Part shown: in pieces, positions 33,285 to 41,888 of the stretch
How the letters are laid out: each line of letters begins with the position of its first letter
Numbering within the stretch: the first letter of the stretch is position 1
Assembly: GCA_030765265.1 (NCBI GenBank)
Contig: JAVCCZ010000040.1
Location: 1 to 59,606, forward strand
DNA from: Candidatus Erginobacter occultus
GTDB taxonomy: Bacteria > Auribacterota > Erginobacteria > Erginobacterales > Erginobacteraceae
Direction: 5' to 3'
Length of the DNA stretch: 59,606 bases
The notes under the pieces: model-generated
What the model was told of the DNA's origin: nothing
Database searches by the model: none
Seen by the model: the letters and a program-made list of their open reading frames with translations, nothing else
Translations under genes and position numbers: made by a program

Positions 33285-34910
33285 TTAATACCCCAGGAGG
33301 CGCAGGACATCCTTGTAGGTGATGAGCAGAATCAAGACGGCGATCACCGCCAGTCCGACCTGCTGGGCGGCCAGGGTCACCCGGGGCGGCAGCGGGCGGC
33401 GGATTATCCCTTCCACCCCGAAAAAAAGTAGATGCCCGCCGTCGAGGACCGGGAGGGGGACCAGGTTGATCAACCCGAGATTGACGCTGATTAAGGCCAG
33501 CAGGGCGAGGAATTCCGAAAGGCCCCGGACGTAACTGGTCACCTGGAAGATCATCACCGGCCCCCCGACCGCCGCGCCGCCCAGACGCCCGGTCACCAAA
33601 AGATAAAAAACCTCCAGCACCTCCCCCGCCCTCTCCACCCCCATCCGTAAACCGGCCGGAATCGCCGCCAAGCCATAATAACGGATCAGGACCGGCTCAG
33701 GATCATAGGTTATGGTCACCCCCGGAAGAACGGCCCGGGAAGAGACCTCCAGTCCCACCGTGATCCGGGACGCCGGCTTGAGGACGAACCAACCGGAACG
33801 ATGAAAGGTCATAACCATCTCCTCCCCCTGGGAAGCCGAAGCGATCCGGCCGGCGACCTCTTCCGGATCCACCGGACGACCGCCGATCTCCACCACCCGG
33901 TCACCCTTTTTTAGTTTTCCGACCGCCCCTTCCGCCCGGGGATCGACCGCCGTAACCTGACCTCCCTCCAGGTACAGACCCGGGATATACGGAGAATATT
34001 CCGCGGGTACGGAGAACGAAAACTGTTCTCCCGTCTCCGGCCTGAAGATTTCCAGATTGAGCAGCTCGCCGGAAAATTCCTTGAGAAAATCCCCGACCGC
34101 GGCCGGGGCCAGCAAATCTTCACCGTTGAGGCTGACCAGAATATCGCCAGTCCGCAACCCGGCCCGGGCGGCCGGAGAATCCGTCTGCAGCCCCCAGACC
34201 GTCACTTTCCCGGCCGGAGAGATCCCGATCTGGGAGTAACCTATCCCCGGGAACCGTTCCGGGACCACTGCCACCGTTCGGGTTGGCCCTTCCCCCTCCA
34301 GGACCATCTCCAGTTCCTCCCCGGCCCGGGTTGCCCGGAGTTTCCGGCGCAGGTCCTCCCAGTCGCCCACCGGGCGGCCGGCGATCTCCCGGACCAGGTC
34401 GCCCGGCCGGATCCCGGCCCGCTCGGCCGGCATCCCCTCTTCAACCCAGCCGACCCGGGGTTCGGTGAGATAGCCGGGGGTCCGGATCCCGATCCGGGCG
34501 ATCAGGACGAAGAGACCTACCCCGAGCAGGAGATTCATTACCGGTCCGGCGGCGACGATCGCCGCTCGCTGGTGGAGCGGCTTTTTATCGAAACGCCGGT
34601 CCGGGGGGATATCTTTATTTTCTTCTTCCAGTTTTTTCCGGCCCTCCTCGTCGCCCGGAGGGAGATCTTCCTGGCCGGCCATTTTGACGTAGCCGCCCAG
34701 GGGCAGGATCCCGATCCCGTACTCGGTCTCCTTCCCCCGGAAACGGAAGATCTTCAATCCCCCGATATCGAAGCCGAGATAGAACTTCTTGACGTAAACC
34801 CCGAAGCGGCGGGCGAGGAGGAAATGACCGAGTTCGTGGACAAAGATCAGAATCCCGAGGAGGACGACGAACTTGGCGATGTTGATGATGGCGGGGGGGA
34901 TAGCGGGCAT
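33285..34910 (-). CDS. rseP: RIP metalloprotease RseP (site-2 protease, M50, multiple PDZ domains)
   Basis: HELGHFLLAR zinc motif, several PDZ-like GDxV/I segments, and C-terminal NLVPLPVLDGGH. Confidence 0.9.
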   Translation of the reverse strand: MPAIPPAIINIAKFVVLLGILIFVHELGHFLLARRFGVYVKKFYLGFDIGGLKIFRFRGKETEYGIGILPLGGYVKMAGQEDLPPGDEEGRKKLEEENKDIPPDRRFDKKPLHQRAAIVAAGPVMNLLLGVGLFVLIARIGIRTPGYLTEPRVGWVEEGMPAERAGIRPGDLVREIAGRPVGDWEDLRRKLRATRAGEELEMVLEGEGPTRTVAVVPERFPGIGYSQIGISPAGKVTVWGLQTDSPAARAGLRTGDILVSLNGEDLLAPAAVGDFLKEFSGELLNLEIFRPETGEQFSFSVPAEYSPYIPGLYLEGGQVTAVDPRAEGAVGKLKKGDRVVEIGGRPVDPEEVAGRIASASQGEEMVMTFHRSGWFVLKPASRITVGLEVSSRAVLPGVTITYDPEPVLIRYYGLAAIPAGLRMGVERAGEVLEVFYLLVTGRLGGAAVGGPVMIFQVTSYVRGLSEFLALLALISVNLGLINLVPLPVLDGGHLLFFGVEGIIRRPLPPRVTLAAQQVGLAVIAVLILLITYKDVLRLLGY

Positions 34911-34927
34911 TTTTAGTTACCTTTTGT

Positions 34928-34966
34928 GGGGATTGGGGATTGGGGAATAGGGAATAGGGAATAGGG
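34928..34966. repeat. G-tract heptamer array (GGGGATT x2, then GGGGAAT/AGGGAAT x3, GGG)
   Basis: Read directly. It has six G3-4 tracts separated by 3-4 nt, which fits a G-quadruplex-type pattern on the plus strand. Confidence 0.85.
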
Positions 34967-34967
34967 C

Positions 34968-35037
34968 TGCTTACTGATCACTGATTACCGATTACTGATC
35001 ACCGATTACCGATTACTGATCACCGATTACCGATTAC
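34968..35037. repeat. tandem heptamer array, 10 units (TGCTTAC, TGATCAC, TGATTAC, CGATTAC...), the largest copy in the window
   Basis: Read directly. It contains the dxr stop codon (35027-35029) and encodes ..GNR. Confidence 0.92.
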
Positions 35038-36190
35038 CTTCCTCTCTCCCGATGATCTCTTTGGCCCGATTCCGGGCCCAGCGGTCGGCGCGCAAAATAG
35101 CTTCAAGATCGGGTTCGGCCGCCACCCGGTGGCCGGCCATTACCGCCTCCACCACCTCCATTATTTTCAGAAAAGAGATCTTCCCGGCCAGGAAGGCTTC
35201 CCCGGCGGCCTCGTTGGCGGCGTTCAGGACCGCCGGCATCGTCCCTCCCTCCCGGCCGGCCCGGAGGGCCAGGTCGAGGGCGGGGAAGAGTTCGCGGTCC
35301 GGTTCGCGGAAGGTCAGCCCCTCGAGTTCGCTGAGGATAGTTTGGCGAAAAGGCCGGGGGCAACGGTCGGGGTAATAAAGCGCGCAGGAGATCGGCAGCC
35401 GCATATCCGGGAGACTGAGCTGGGCCAGAAGCGACCCGTCGTTGGTCTCGATCAGGGAGTGGACGATCGACTGGGGGTGGATTACCACCTCGATCCGATC
35501 GAGGGGGACGGAGAAAAGCCAGTGGGCCTCCAGCACCTCCAGACCCTTGTTCATCATCGTGGCCGAGTCAAGGCTGACCTTCTTCCCCATCTTCCAGCGG
35601 GGGTGGGCCAGGGCCGCCGCCGGGGCGGCGGCGGCCATTTCATCCCGGGAGACGTCGAGGAAAGGCCCCCCGGAGGCGGTGAGGATAAGCCGCCTCACCT
35701 CCCGCGGCTGCTCCCCCCGCAGGCACTGGAAGATCGCCGAGTGCTCGCTGTCCACCGGGAGGATCCGGCTCCCGCTCCGGGCGGCGGCCGCCATCGCCAG
35801 TTCCCCGGCCGCGACCAGGATCTCCTTGGAGGCGAGGGCGATATCCTTGCCCCTCTCGATGGCCGCCAGGGTGGGGAGCAGGGCGGCCGTCCCCGGGACC
35901 GCGACCACCACCAGGTCGGCGTCGGGGTCGGCGGCGAGTTCGACCATCCCCTCCTCTCCCTCCAGAACCGTTACCCCGGCGCCGGTCTTCCGCCGGAGCT
36001 TTTCCGCCCGGCCGGATCCGGCCACCGCCAGACGGCGGGGGGAGAACTCGGCGGCCTGCCGCTCTAAGAGTTCGATATTGTTCCCGGCGGCCAGTCCGAG
36101 CAGGGAAAAGGATTTCCGGTCGCTCCGGATCACGTCGAGGGTATTGGCCCCGATCGAACCGGTAGAGCCGAGGATGACGACATTTTTCAC
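35027..36190 (-). CDS. dxr: 1-deoxy-D-xylulose 5-phosphate reductoisomerase
   Basis: VVILGSTGSIGANTLDV, LASKE, PVDSEHSAIFQC and GGPF motifs. Confidence 0.93.
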   Translation of the reverse strand: MKNVVILGSTGSIGANTLDVIRSDRKSFSLLGLAAGNNIELLERQAAEFSPRRLAVAGSGRAEKLRRKTGAGVTVLEGEEGMVELAADPDADLVVVAVPGTAALLPTLAAIERGKDIALASKEILVAAGELAMAAAARSGSRILPVDSEHSAIFQCLRGEQPREVRRLILTASGGPFLDVSRDEMAAAAPAAALAHPRWKMGKKVSLDSATMMNKGLEVLEAHWLFSVPLDRIEVVIHPQSIVHSLIETNDGSLLAQLSLPDMRLPISCALYYPDRCPRPFRQTILSELEGLTFREPDRELFPALDLALRAGREGGTMPAVLNAANEAAGEAFLAGKISFLKIMEVVEAVMAGHRVAAEPDLEAILRADRWARNRAKEIIGREEGNR

Positions 36191-37050
36191 AGTTTCAGGA
36201 CCAGTTTCATATAGAAATAGAGCAAGGGAGCGGTAAAGAAGAGACTGTCGAGGAGGTCGAGGATCCCCCCCATCCCGGGGAGGGTTTGCCCGGAATCCTT
36301 CCTCCCGGCCGAACGCTTCAGGAGCGACTCCGCCAGATCGCCGAGGACCGCCGCCGTCCCCAATACCAGTCCCAGGGTCAGGGACGCCGGCCAGCTTAAA
36401 TTGGTGAGGGAGAAGAGGTACTTCCCGGCCACCGCGCTCGCCCCCCCGGCCAGCACCCCCAGCACCGCCCCCTCGACGGTCTTCCCCGGGCTGATCCGGG
36501 GGATCAGCTTGGTCCGCCCCCAGCGGGAGCCGAGGAAGTAGGCGGCGCTGTCGTTGACCTTGACCACCAGGACCAGGAAAAAGATATAGAATCTCCCCTC
36601 CCCGGCGGCGGCGGAGCCGGCGGGGAAGTAATAATTGATCCGGGGAAAGAAGGAGAAGAGCCAGGCAACGTAGATGATCCCGGCCAGGGTGGTGCTGATC
36701 CGGATGATCGCCTCCGCTCCGTCGGACCGGGTGGCCTGGAAGAGGAAGAGTCCGGCCACGATCAGGAAGAGAATCGCGTCCCCGCGGGAACTTCCGATGA
36801 AGCCGGAAAAATGGAGGGGGAGCGCGCCGGGCCCGAGGGCGCCGATAAAGACCGAGGAGAAGAGACAGAGCCCGCCGATAATCCCCATCGAGCGGATCCC
36901 CCCGGTCATCCGGGTGAATTCCCGCAGACCCAGGCCGACAAAGAGGTTACCGACCAGGAAGAAGAGGATCGGGGCCCGATCGCTGAAATAGATCACCCCG
37001 ATCAGGATCAGGATCAGGGGGATGGCGGTCATTACTCTGGTTCTGGACAT
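36187..37050 (-). CDS. cdsA: phosphatidate cytidylyltransferase
   Basis: Polytopic protein with NDSAAYFLGSRWGRTKL, ISPGKTVEG and the C-terminal GGILDLLDS motif. Confidence 0.88.
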   Translation of the reverse strand: MSRTRVMTAIPLILILIGVIYFSDRAPILFFLVGNLFVGLGLREFTRMTGGIRSMGIIGGLCLFSSVFIGALGPGALPLHFSGFIGSSRGDAILFLIVAGLFLFQATRSDGAEAIIRISTTLAGIIYVAWLFSFFPRINYYFPAGSAAAGEGRFYIFFLVLVVKVNDSAAYFLGSRWGRTKLIPRISPGKTVEGAVLGVLAGGASAVAGKYLFSLTNLSWPASLTLGLVLGTAAVLGDLAESLLKRSAGRKDSGQTLPGMGGILDLLDSLFFTAPLLYFYMKLVLKL

Positions 37051-37095
37051 TGCGCTGGTTCTCTCTTTTCCAATTCCCGGTGTCGGACGGTCGGC

Positions 37096-37123
37096 CGATT
37101 ATCGATTACTGATTACCGATTAC
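37096..37123. repeat. tandem heptamer array, 4 units (CGATTAT CGATTAC TGATTAC CGATTAC), followed by C-tract heptamers at 37127-37146
   Basis: Read directly. It contains the uppS stop (37113-37115). The uppS tail ..GNGDSNR is repeat-encoded. Confidence 0.88.
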
Positions 37124-37847
37124 TGTCCCCATTCCCCAACCCCCCAAACCTCCTCTCCCGATTCTGATAATCGGCGATCGCTTTCAATAGGCGCTCCTTA
37201 TCGAAATCCGGCCAGCAGTCCTCGGTCACCCAGAACTCGGTGTAGGAGATCTGCCAGAGGAGAAAGTTGCTGACCCGCATCTCCCCGCTGGTCCGGATCA
37301 AAAGATCGGGATCCGGGAGATCGGGGTCGTAAAGATAACGGGAGAATAACTTCTCGTCGATATTTTCCGGATCGAGCTCCCCCTTCCGGCATTCTTCCGC
37401 GATCCGCCGGACCCCGTCAGCAATCTCCGAACGGCCGCCGTAGTTGAGGGCCAGGGTCAACGTGAGACCGGTATGCCCGGAGGTGGCGGCGATGGTCCGG
37501 GAGAGGGATTTTTGGACGGAAACGGGAAATTCCTCAAGCCGGCCGATCGCCCGCAGCCGGATATTGTTCCTGCGCATCAGGGGCAGTTCGTTCTTCAGGT
37601 ACTCCTTCAGGTAGCGCATCAGCCCCTGGATCTCCCGCCGGGGGCGGCGCCAGTTCTCCACCGAGAAGGCGTAAAGGGTCAGGTATCCGATCCCGATCTC
37701 GGCGGCGGCGGTGGTTACCCGCCGGACCGCTTCCGCCCCCTCCCGGTGCCCTTCCAGGCGGGACAGCCCCCGGGCCCGGGCCCAGCGGCCGTTGCCGTCC
37801 ATTATGACGGCAATATGCCGGGGAAGTTTTGCGGTCTTCTCGTTCAT
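37113..37847 (-). CDS. uppS: undecaprenyl diphosphate synthase (cis-isoprenyl transferase)
   Basis: HIAVIMDGNGRWA, LTLYAFSVENWRRP and RTSGEMRVSNFLLWQ motifs. The start is moved to the ATG at 37845-37847. Confidence 0.92.
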   Translation of the reverse strand: MNEKTAKLPRHIAVIMDGNGRWARARGLSRLEGHREGAEAVRRVTTAAAEIGIGYLTLYAFSVENWRRPRREIQGLMRYLKEYLKNELPLMRRNNIRLRAIGRLEEFPVSVQKSLSRTIAATSGHTGLTLTLALNYGGRSEIADGVRRIAEECRKGELDPENIDEKLFSRYLYDPDLPDPDLLIRTSGEMRVSNFLLWQISYTEFWVTEDCWPDFDKERLLKAIADYQNRERRFGGLGNGDSNR

Positions 37848-37920
37848 TTTTCGGAACGCGCACTGAAGCCGCCGGCCGGGAAAACCCGCGCCGGCCAGGA
37901 ACAATACTTCACGGACCGTC

Positions 37921-39180
37921 TCAGGCGGCCTGGAGCGAAGAGGAACTCAGGGGAGAATCCCCCCGGCGGAACTTTTTCAGGAGCGTCCGGGTCAACTGGA
38001 AGGTTTTCAGGTCGGTCCGGGAGGGGATCTCGTACATCACGTCGAGCATCACCCTCTCCAAAATGCTGCGGAGGGCCCGGGCCCCGGTACCCTTGCGGAT
38101 CGCTTCCTCGGCCAGAAACTCCAGCGCTCCCCGGGTATAAGTAAACTCCACTCCTTCCATCTCCAGCAGCCGGGTGTACTGTTTCAGGAGGGAGTTTTTC
38201 GGCTCGGTCAGGATATTGACCAGGTCCGCCTTTCCCAGGTCGTAGAGAGCGGTCGAGACCGGAAGCCGCCCGATGAACTCCGGGATCAACCCGTACCTGA
38301 TCAGGTCCTCCGGTTCCGCCAGTGAGAGGAGGTCGCCCCGTTTCAACTTCCGGTCCTTGGTACCGGATGATTCAAACCCGATCACCCGGTTCCCCAGCCG
38401 CTGCCGGACCAGGTTTTCCAGGCCGGTGAACGCCCCCCCGCAGATAAAGAGGATATTGGTGGTATCGACCTGGATAAACTCCTGGTGGGGGTGTTTCCTC
38501 CCCCCCTTGGGGGGGACGTTGCAGACCGTCCCCTCGAAGATCTTCAGCAGCGCCTGCTGGACCCCTTCCCCGGAGACGTCCCGGGTAATCGAAACATTCT
38601 CGGTCCTCCGGGAGATCTTGTCGATCTCGTCGATATAGACGATCCCGATCTGGGCCCGGGAGACATCGTACTCGGCGGCCTGGAGGAGGCGGAGAATGAT
38701 ATTTTCCACGTCCTCCCCCACGTAGCCGGCCTCGGTGGTGGTGGTGGCGTCGGCGATGGCAAAGGGGACGTGGAGGCAGCGGGCCAGGGTCCGGGCCAGA
38801 AGGGTCTTGCCCGAACCGGTGGGGACGAGCATCAGGATGTTGCTCTTCTCCAGTTCGACCGCGCTGGTTTTCTCCGATTCCCGGATCCGCTTGTAATGAT
38901 TATGGACCGCCACCGCCAGGGTCTTCTTGGCCAGTTCCTGGCCGATCACGTAGCCGTCGAGGTAATCCTTGATCTCCCGGGGCGGGGGGGTGCGGGCGGG
39001 GAGAGCCGGCTTCTTCGACTTGGGCTTGGTTTTCTTCTCCTCCAGCATCTCGGAACAGAGCCGGACGCAATTCTCGCAGATCAAGCCTTCCCGACCGGTG
39101 ATCAGGCGGCCGACCCGGTCGGCGGGAAGGCCGCAGAATGAGCAATGGGGAGGAGGCGGAGGTTGGGGGGTGGCGGCCAT
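37921..39180 (-). CDS. clpX: ATP-dependent Clp protease ATP-binding subunit ClpX
   Basis: Zinc ribbon CSFCG...CENC, Walker A PTGSGKT, and IVYIDEIDK. The start at 39178-39180 follows GAAGGAG. Confidence 0.95.
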   Translation of the reverse strand: MAATPQPPPPPHCSFCGLPADRVGRLITGREGLICENCVRLCSEMLEEKKTKPKSKKPALPARTPPPREIKDYLDGYVIGQELAKKTLAVAVHNHYKRIRESEKTSAVELEKSNILMLVPTGSGKTLLARTLARCLHVPFAIADATTTTEAGYVGEDVENIILRLLQAAEYDVSRAQIGIVYIDEIDKISRRTENVSITRDVSGEGVQQALLKIFEGTVCNVPPKGGRKHPHQEFIQVDTTNILFICGGAFTGLENLVRQRLGNRVIGFESSGTKDRKLKRGDLLSLAEPEDLIRYGLIPEFIGRLPVSTALYDLGKADLVNILTEPKNSLLKQYTRLLEMEGVEFTYTRGALEFLAEEAIRKGTGARALRSILERVMLDVMYEIPSRTDLKTFQLTRTLLKKFRRGDSPLSSSSLQAA

Positions 39181-39184
39181 CGTT

Positions 39185-39793
39185 TTATTTCTCCTTCTTT
39201 CGGGCGACCACGGTATCAACCAGTCCGTACTCCCGGGCCTCTTCGGCGGTCATAAAGAAATCCCGGTCGGCGTCCTTCTCGATCTTGGCCAGGTCCTGGC
39301 CGGTGTGGAAGGCCATCAGCTCGTTGAGCTTCTCCCGGAGCCGGAGAATCTCCCGGGCCTGGATGCTGATGTCGGCCGCCGCACCCTGGGTGCCGCCCCA
39401 GGGCTGGTGGATCATAATCCGGGCGTGGGGAAGGGCGAACCTTTTCTTCTTCGCTCCCGCCGCCAGCAGCAGCGCCCCCATACTGCTGGCCTGGCCCACG
39501 CAGTAGGTGGTGACGTCGCAGCGGACGAACTGCATCGTGTCATAAATCGCCAGACCGGCCGTCACCGCCCCTCCCGGGGTGTTGATGTAGAGGCTGATGT
39601 CCTTCTCCGGATCCTCCATCTGGAGATAAAGGAGCTGGGCGACCACCAGGTTGGAGACCCCGTCGTCGATCGGGGTCCCGATGAAGATGATCCGGTCCTT
39701 GAGGAGCCGGGAAAATATATCGTAGGCCCGTTCCATCCGGCCGGTCTGTTCGACGACCATCGGGACAAGCTGCGCGGAAGTTGTACTCATCAT
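39185..39793 (-). CDS. clpP: ATP-dependent Clp protease proteolytic subunit
   Basis: [30 protein letters not shown] and MIHQP motifs. ATGA overlap with tig. Confidence 0.95.
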   Translation of the reverse strand: MMSTTSAQLVPMVVEQTGRMERAYDIFSRLLKDRIIFIGTPIDDGVSNLVVAQLLYLQMEDPEKDISLYINTPGGAVTAGLAIYDTMQFVRCDVTTYCVGQASSMGALLLAAGAKKKRFALPHARIMIHQPWGGTQGAAADISIQAREILRLREKLNELMAFHTGQDLAKIEKDADRDFFMTAEEAREYGLVDTVVARKKEK

Positions 39794-41064
39794 TTGTCTC
39801 CTTCTTGGTCTTTGATCCGGGCCTGCTCGATAACGAAGTCCAGGGCCCGCCGGCGGATCAGCCGGTCCAACAGGACGGGGATCTGCCCTCTCTCCTCCAG
39901 GGCCTGCCGCAGTTGAGCGGGCGGAACTCCCTCCCGCTGGGCCAGCCGGGATACCTCTTCGCCCAGGGCCCGGGGCTCAAGCTCGAGGGTTTCCGCCCGG
40001 GCGATCTCCCGGAGGATAAAGACCAGGCGAAGTTCCTTCTCCGACTCCAGCCGGGCGGACTTGGTTACTTTCTCGTCCGGCGGGGCTTCACTCTCTTCCG
40101 GCGGCCGGCCCGTCATCCGCCGGTAATCCTCCAACCGGTTCTCGACCAGGTTTTCCAGGGCGGATGGGGGCAGGGGAAAATCGTATCCCTGGAGGAGTAA
40201 TTCGCCGGCCTGGCTCTCCAATTCCCGCCGAGCCTGCGATTCGCGAGACCGGGCGATATCTTCCCGGATCTGCTTTCTCAGTTCCTCCAGCCCCGCGTAC
40301 TCGCCCCAGCCGCGGGCCCATTCGTCATCCACTTCCGGGAGAACTCGTTTCTTGATCTCCCGGAGACGGACCGGGAAGACCGGGGGGGCGGTCTCGGGAC
40401 TCTCCTCGCCGGAACCGGGAAGGGATACTTTCCGCTCCTGCCCCGGTTCCAGGCCGATCAACTGGGCGCCGACCCCGTGGTCTTCGTCTTCGGATATTTC
40501 CAGCAGGGCCCCTTCCACCCACTGTTGATCCTCCCGTCCGGGGGGGAGATAATCGACCAGCGCCCAGTCCCCGGCCGCGGCCGGCCGCGGCGGCTCGGTA
40601 ACATACTCCGCCTTCCGCTCCCGGAGATCATCGATCACCCGGTCGATATCGCCATCCTCGACCGGGGTGATCTTCCGTTTCAATTTCAATCCCCGGTATT
40701 CCTTCAACTGCACCGGCGGACTGATCTCCACCCGGGCCTTGAAATTCAGCGGGCCGCCCTCCGGCCAATCGACATCGTCGATCTCGGGGGAGCCCAGCAC
40801 CCGGAAATCCTGCTTCTGGAGCGCTTCCTCGCAGGCCTTCTGGAGACAGTTCTCGATCGTCCGCGACCGGGCATCGGCGGCAAAATGTTTCTCCAGCACC
40901 CGCCGGGGTGCCTTCCCGGGGCGGAAGCCGGGGATCCGGCACCCGCTCCCGAGATTTTTATAGACGGACGATAGTTCTTCCTCCATCGCCTCCGGGGGAA
41001 CTTCAATCAGCAACTCCCGCCGGCAGGGATGGGTTTCATTCACGGACACGGATGGCATAGTCAT
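39790..41064 (-). CDS. tig: trigger factor
   Basis: N-terminal ribosome-binding region ..[18 protein letters not shown] and the conserved tig-clpP-clpX order. The start at 41062-41064 follows AAGGA. Confidence 0.88.
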   Translation of the reverse strand: MTMPSVSVNETHPCRRELLIEVPPEAMEEELSSVYKNLGSGCRIPGFRPGKAPRRVLEKHFAADARSRTIENCLQKACEEALQKQDFRVLGSPEIDDVDWPEGGPLNFKARVEISPPVQLKEYRGLKLKRKITPVEDGDIDRVIDDLRERKAEYVTEPPRPAAAGDWALVDYLPPGREDQQWVEGALLEISEDEDHGVGAQLIGLEPGQERKVSLPGSGEESPETAPPVFPVRLREIKKRVLPEVDDEWARGWGEYAGLEELRKQIREDIARSRESQARRELESQAGELLLQGYDFPLPPSALENLVENRLEDYRRMTGRPPEESEAPPDEKVTKSARLESEKELRLVFILREIARAETLELEPRALGEEVSRLAQREGVPPAQLRQALEERGQIPVLLDRLIRRRALDFVIEQARIKDQEGDK

Positions 41065-41173
41065 TATCCTTCTTAATAAAATGGTTGATACGACGCTTCT
41101 CCCGGCCGGACTTCCCCTGATTACCTTTCGGCCGAAACCGCCAAAACGCCATATCAACCCGGGCTAAGAACAG

Positions 41174-41245
41174 AGCGGGAGACGGGATTTGAACCCGCGA
41201 CAGCCACGTTGCCAACGTGGGGCTCTACCACTGAGCTACTCCCGC
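41174..41245 (-). tRNA. tRNA with anticodon loop TTGGCAA (anticodon GGC, Ala by the code) but a Gly-like acceptor stem; isotype uncertain
   Basis: GCGGGAGTAGCTCAGTGGTAGAGC C CCACG TTGGCAA CGTGG CTGTC GCGGG TTCAAAT CCCGT CTCCCGC T. The cloverleaf was folded by hand. No CCA is encoded. Confidence 0.8.
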
Positions 41246-41460
41246 TGATTATTTTTCGGCTCCCCGAAAAGGCGGGGGAGTCGAAAAAATAATAGTGAAA
41301 GCCACTTGCAATTCAATGATTCAGAACTGGCGCAAATTTTATTCGATAATCAAGGAAGGAATTTACGCTATCCCCGGCAATTAATCAATATCAAATATTT
41401 CCCCAGAATATTCCCCCAAAGAGTACCCCCCGACATTTAATTTTTCGCAAATAAATTAAA

Positions 41461-41542
41461 TGGGCGAAGGGAGATTTGAACTCCCACCCCCGAAGGGACT
41501 GGATCCTAAATCCAGCGCGTATGCCAGTTCCGCCATTCGCCC
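41461..41542 (-). tRNA. tRNA-Leu (anticodon TAG), class II with long variable arm
   Basis: GGGCGAATGGCGGAACTGGCATACGCG CTGGA TTTAGGA TCCAG TCCCTTCGGGGGT GGGAGTTCAAATCTCCC TTCGCCC A. Confidence 0.88.
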
Positions 41543-41554
41543 AACTGGTTATTT

Positions 41555-41838
41555 GACGGGATAACCGGATAAAAGTCGGATAGAAATGTGGATATCAGCT
41601 CGCCGAGTATCGGTCAGCACGCCCACTTGTATTCTTAAGGAGAGCATAAAATAGTTTGCGTGTCATTGCGAGGAGCGCAGCGACGAAGCAATCTTAACTT
41701 GCTGCCCAGTAAGAGATTGCTTCGCTGCGCGCGCAATGACATTGTTCGGAAATGCAATCTATATCCTGCCCTGGTTAATAAAACGTTTTGAAAGCACCGA
41801 TTATTATACCCCTATCCTGTAGATCCTGTTATCCTGTC
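41555..41838. repeat. REP-B-type TIR pair (GACGGGATAACCGGAT...ATCCTGTTATCCTGTC) enclosing ~225 nt of AT-richer DNA
   Basis: The left arm 41555-41583 and right arm 41809-41838 are imperfect reverse complements and match the arms of the 29257-29387 element. Confidence 0.55.
41662..41740. repeat. imperfect palindrome GTCATTGCG..GCGCAGCGACGAAGCAATCT / AGATTGCTTCGCTGCGCGCGCAATGAC
   Basis: Arms at 41662-41694 and 41714-41740 with a 19-nt loop. It sits inside the REP-B pair. Confidence 0.75.
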
Positions 41839-41888
41839 TGATTTAAGTGACTTACCATAAGAACTATTTAATTTCAAGGAGACAATCA

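Noticed and set aside
34928-35037. Possible CRISPR array or other spacer-containing repeat locus
   Set aside because: The units are 7 nt, directly abutting with no spacers, and no cas genes are present. These are microsatellite-type arrays, not CRISPR. The same holds for the hexamer and nonamer arrays.
41248-41293. Hairpin ATTATTTTTCGGCTCCCC...GGGGAGTCGAAAAAATAAT next to the tRNA, considered as an intrinsic terminator
   Set aside because: On both strands the T-run precedes the stem and the A-run follows it, which is the reverse of terminator polarity. Its function is unknown, so it is not annotated.
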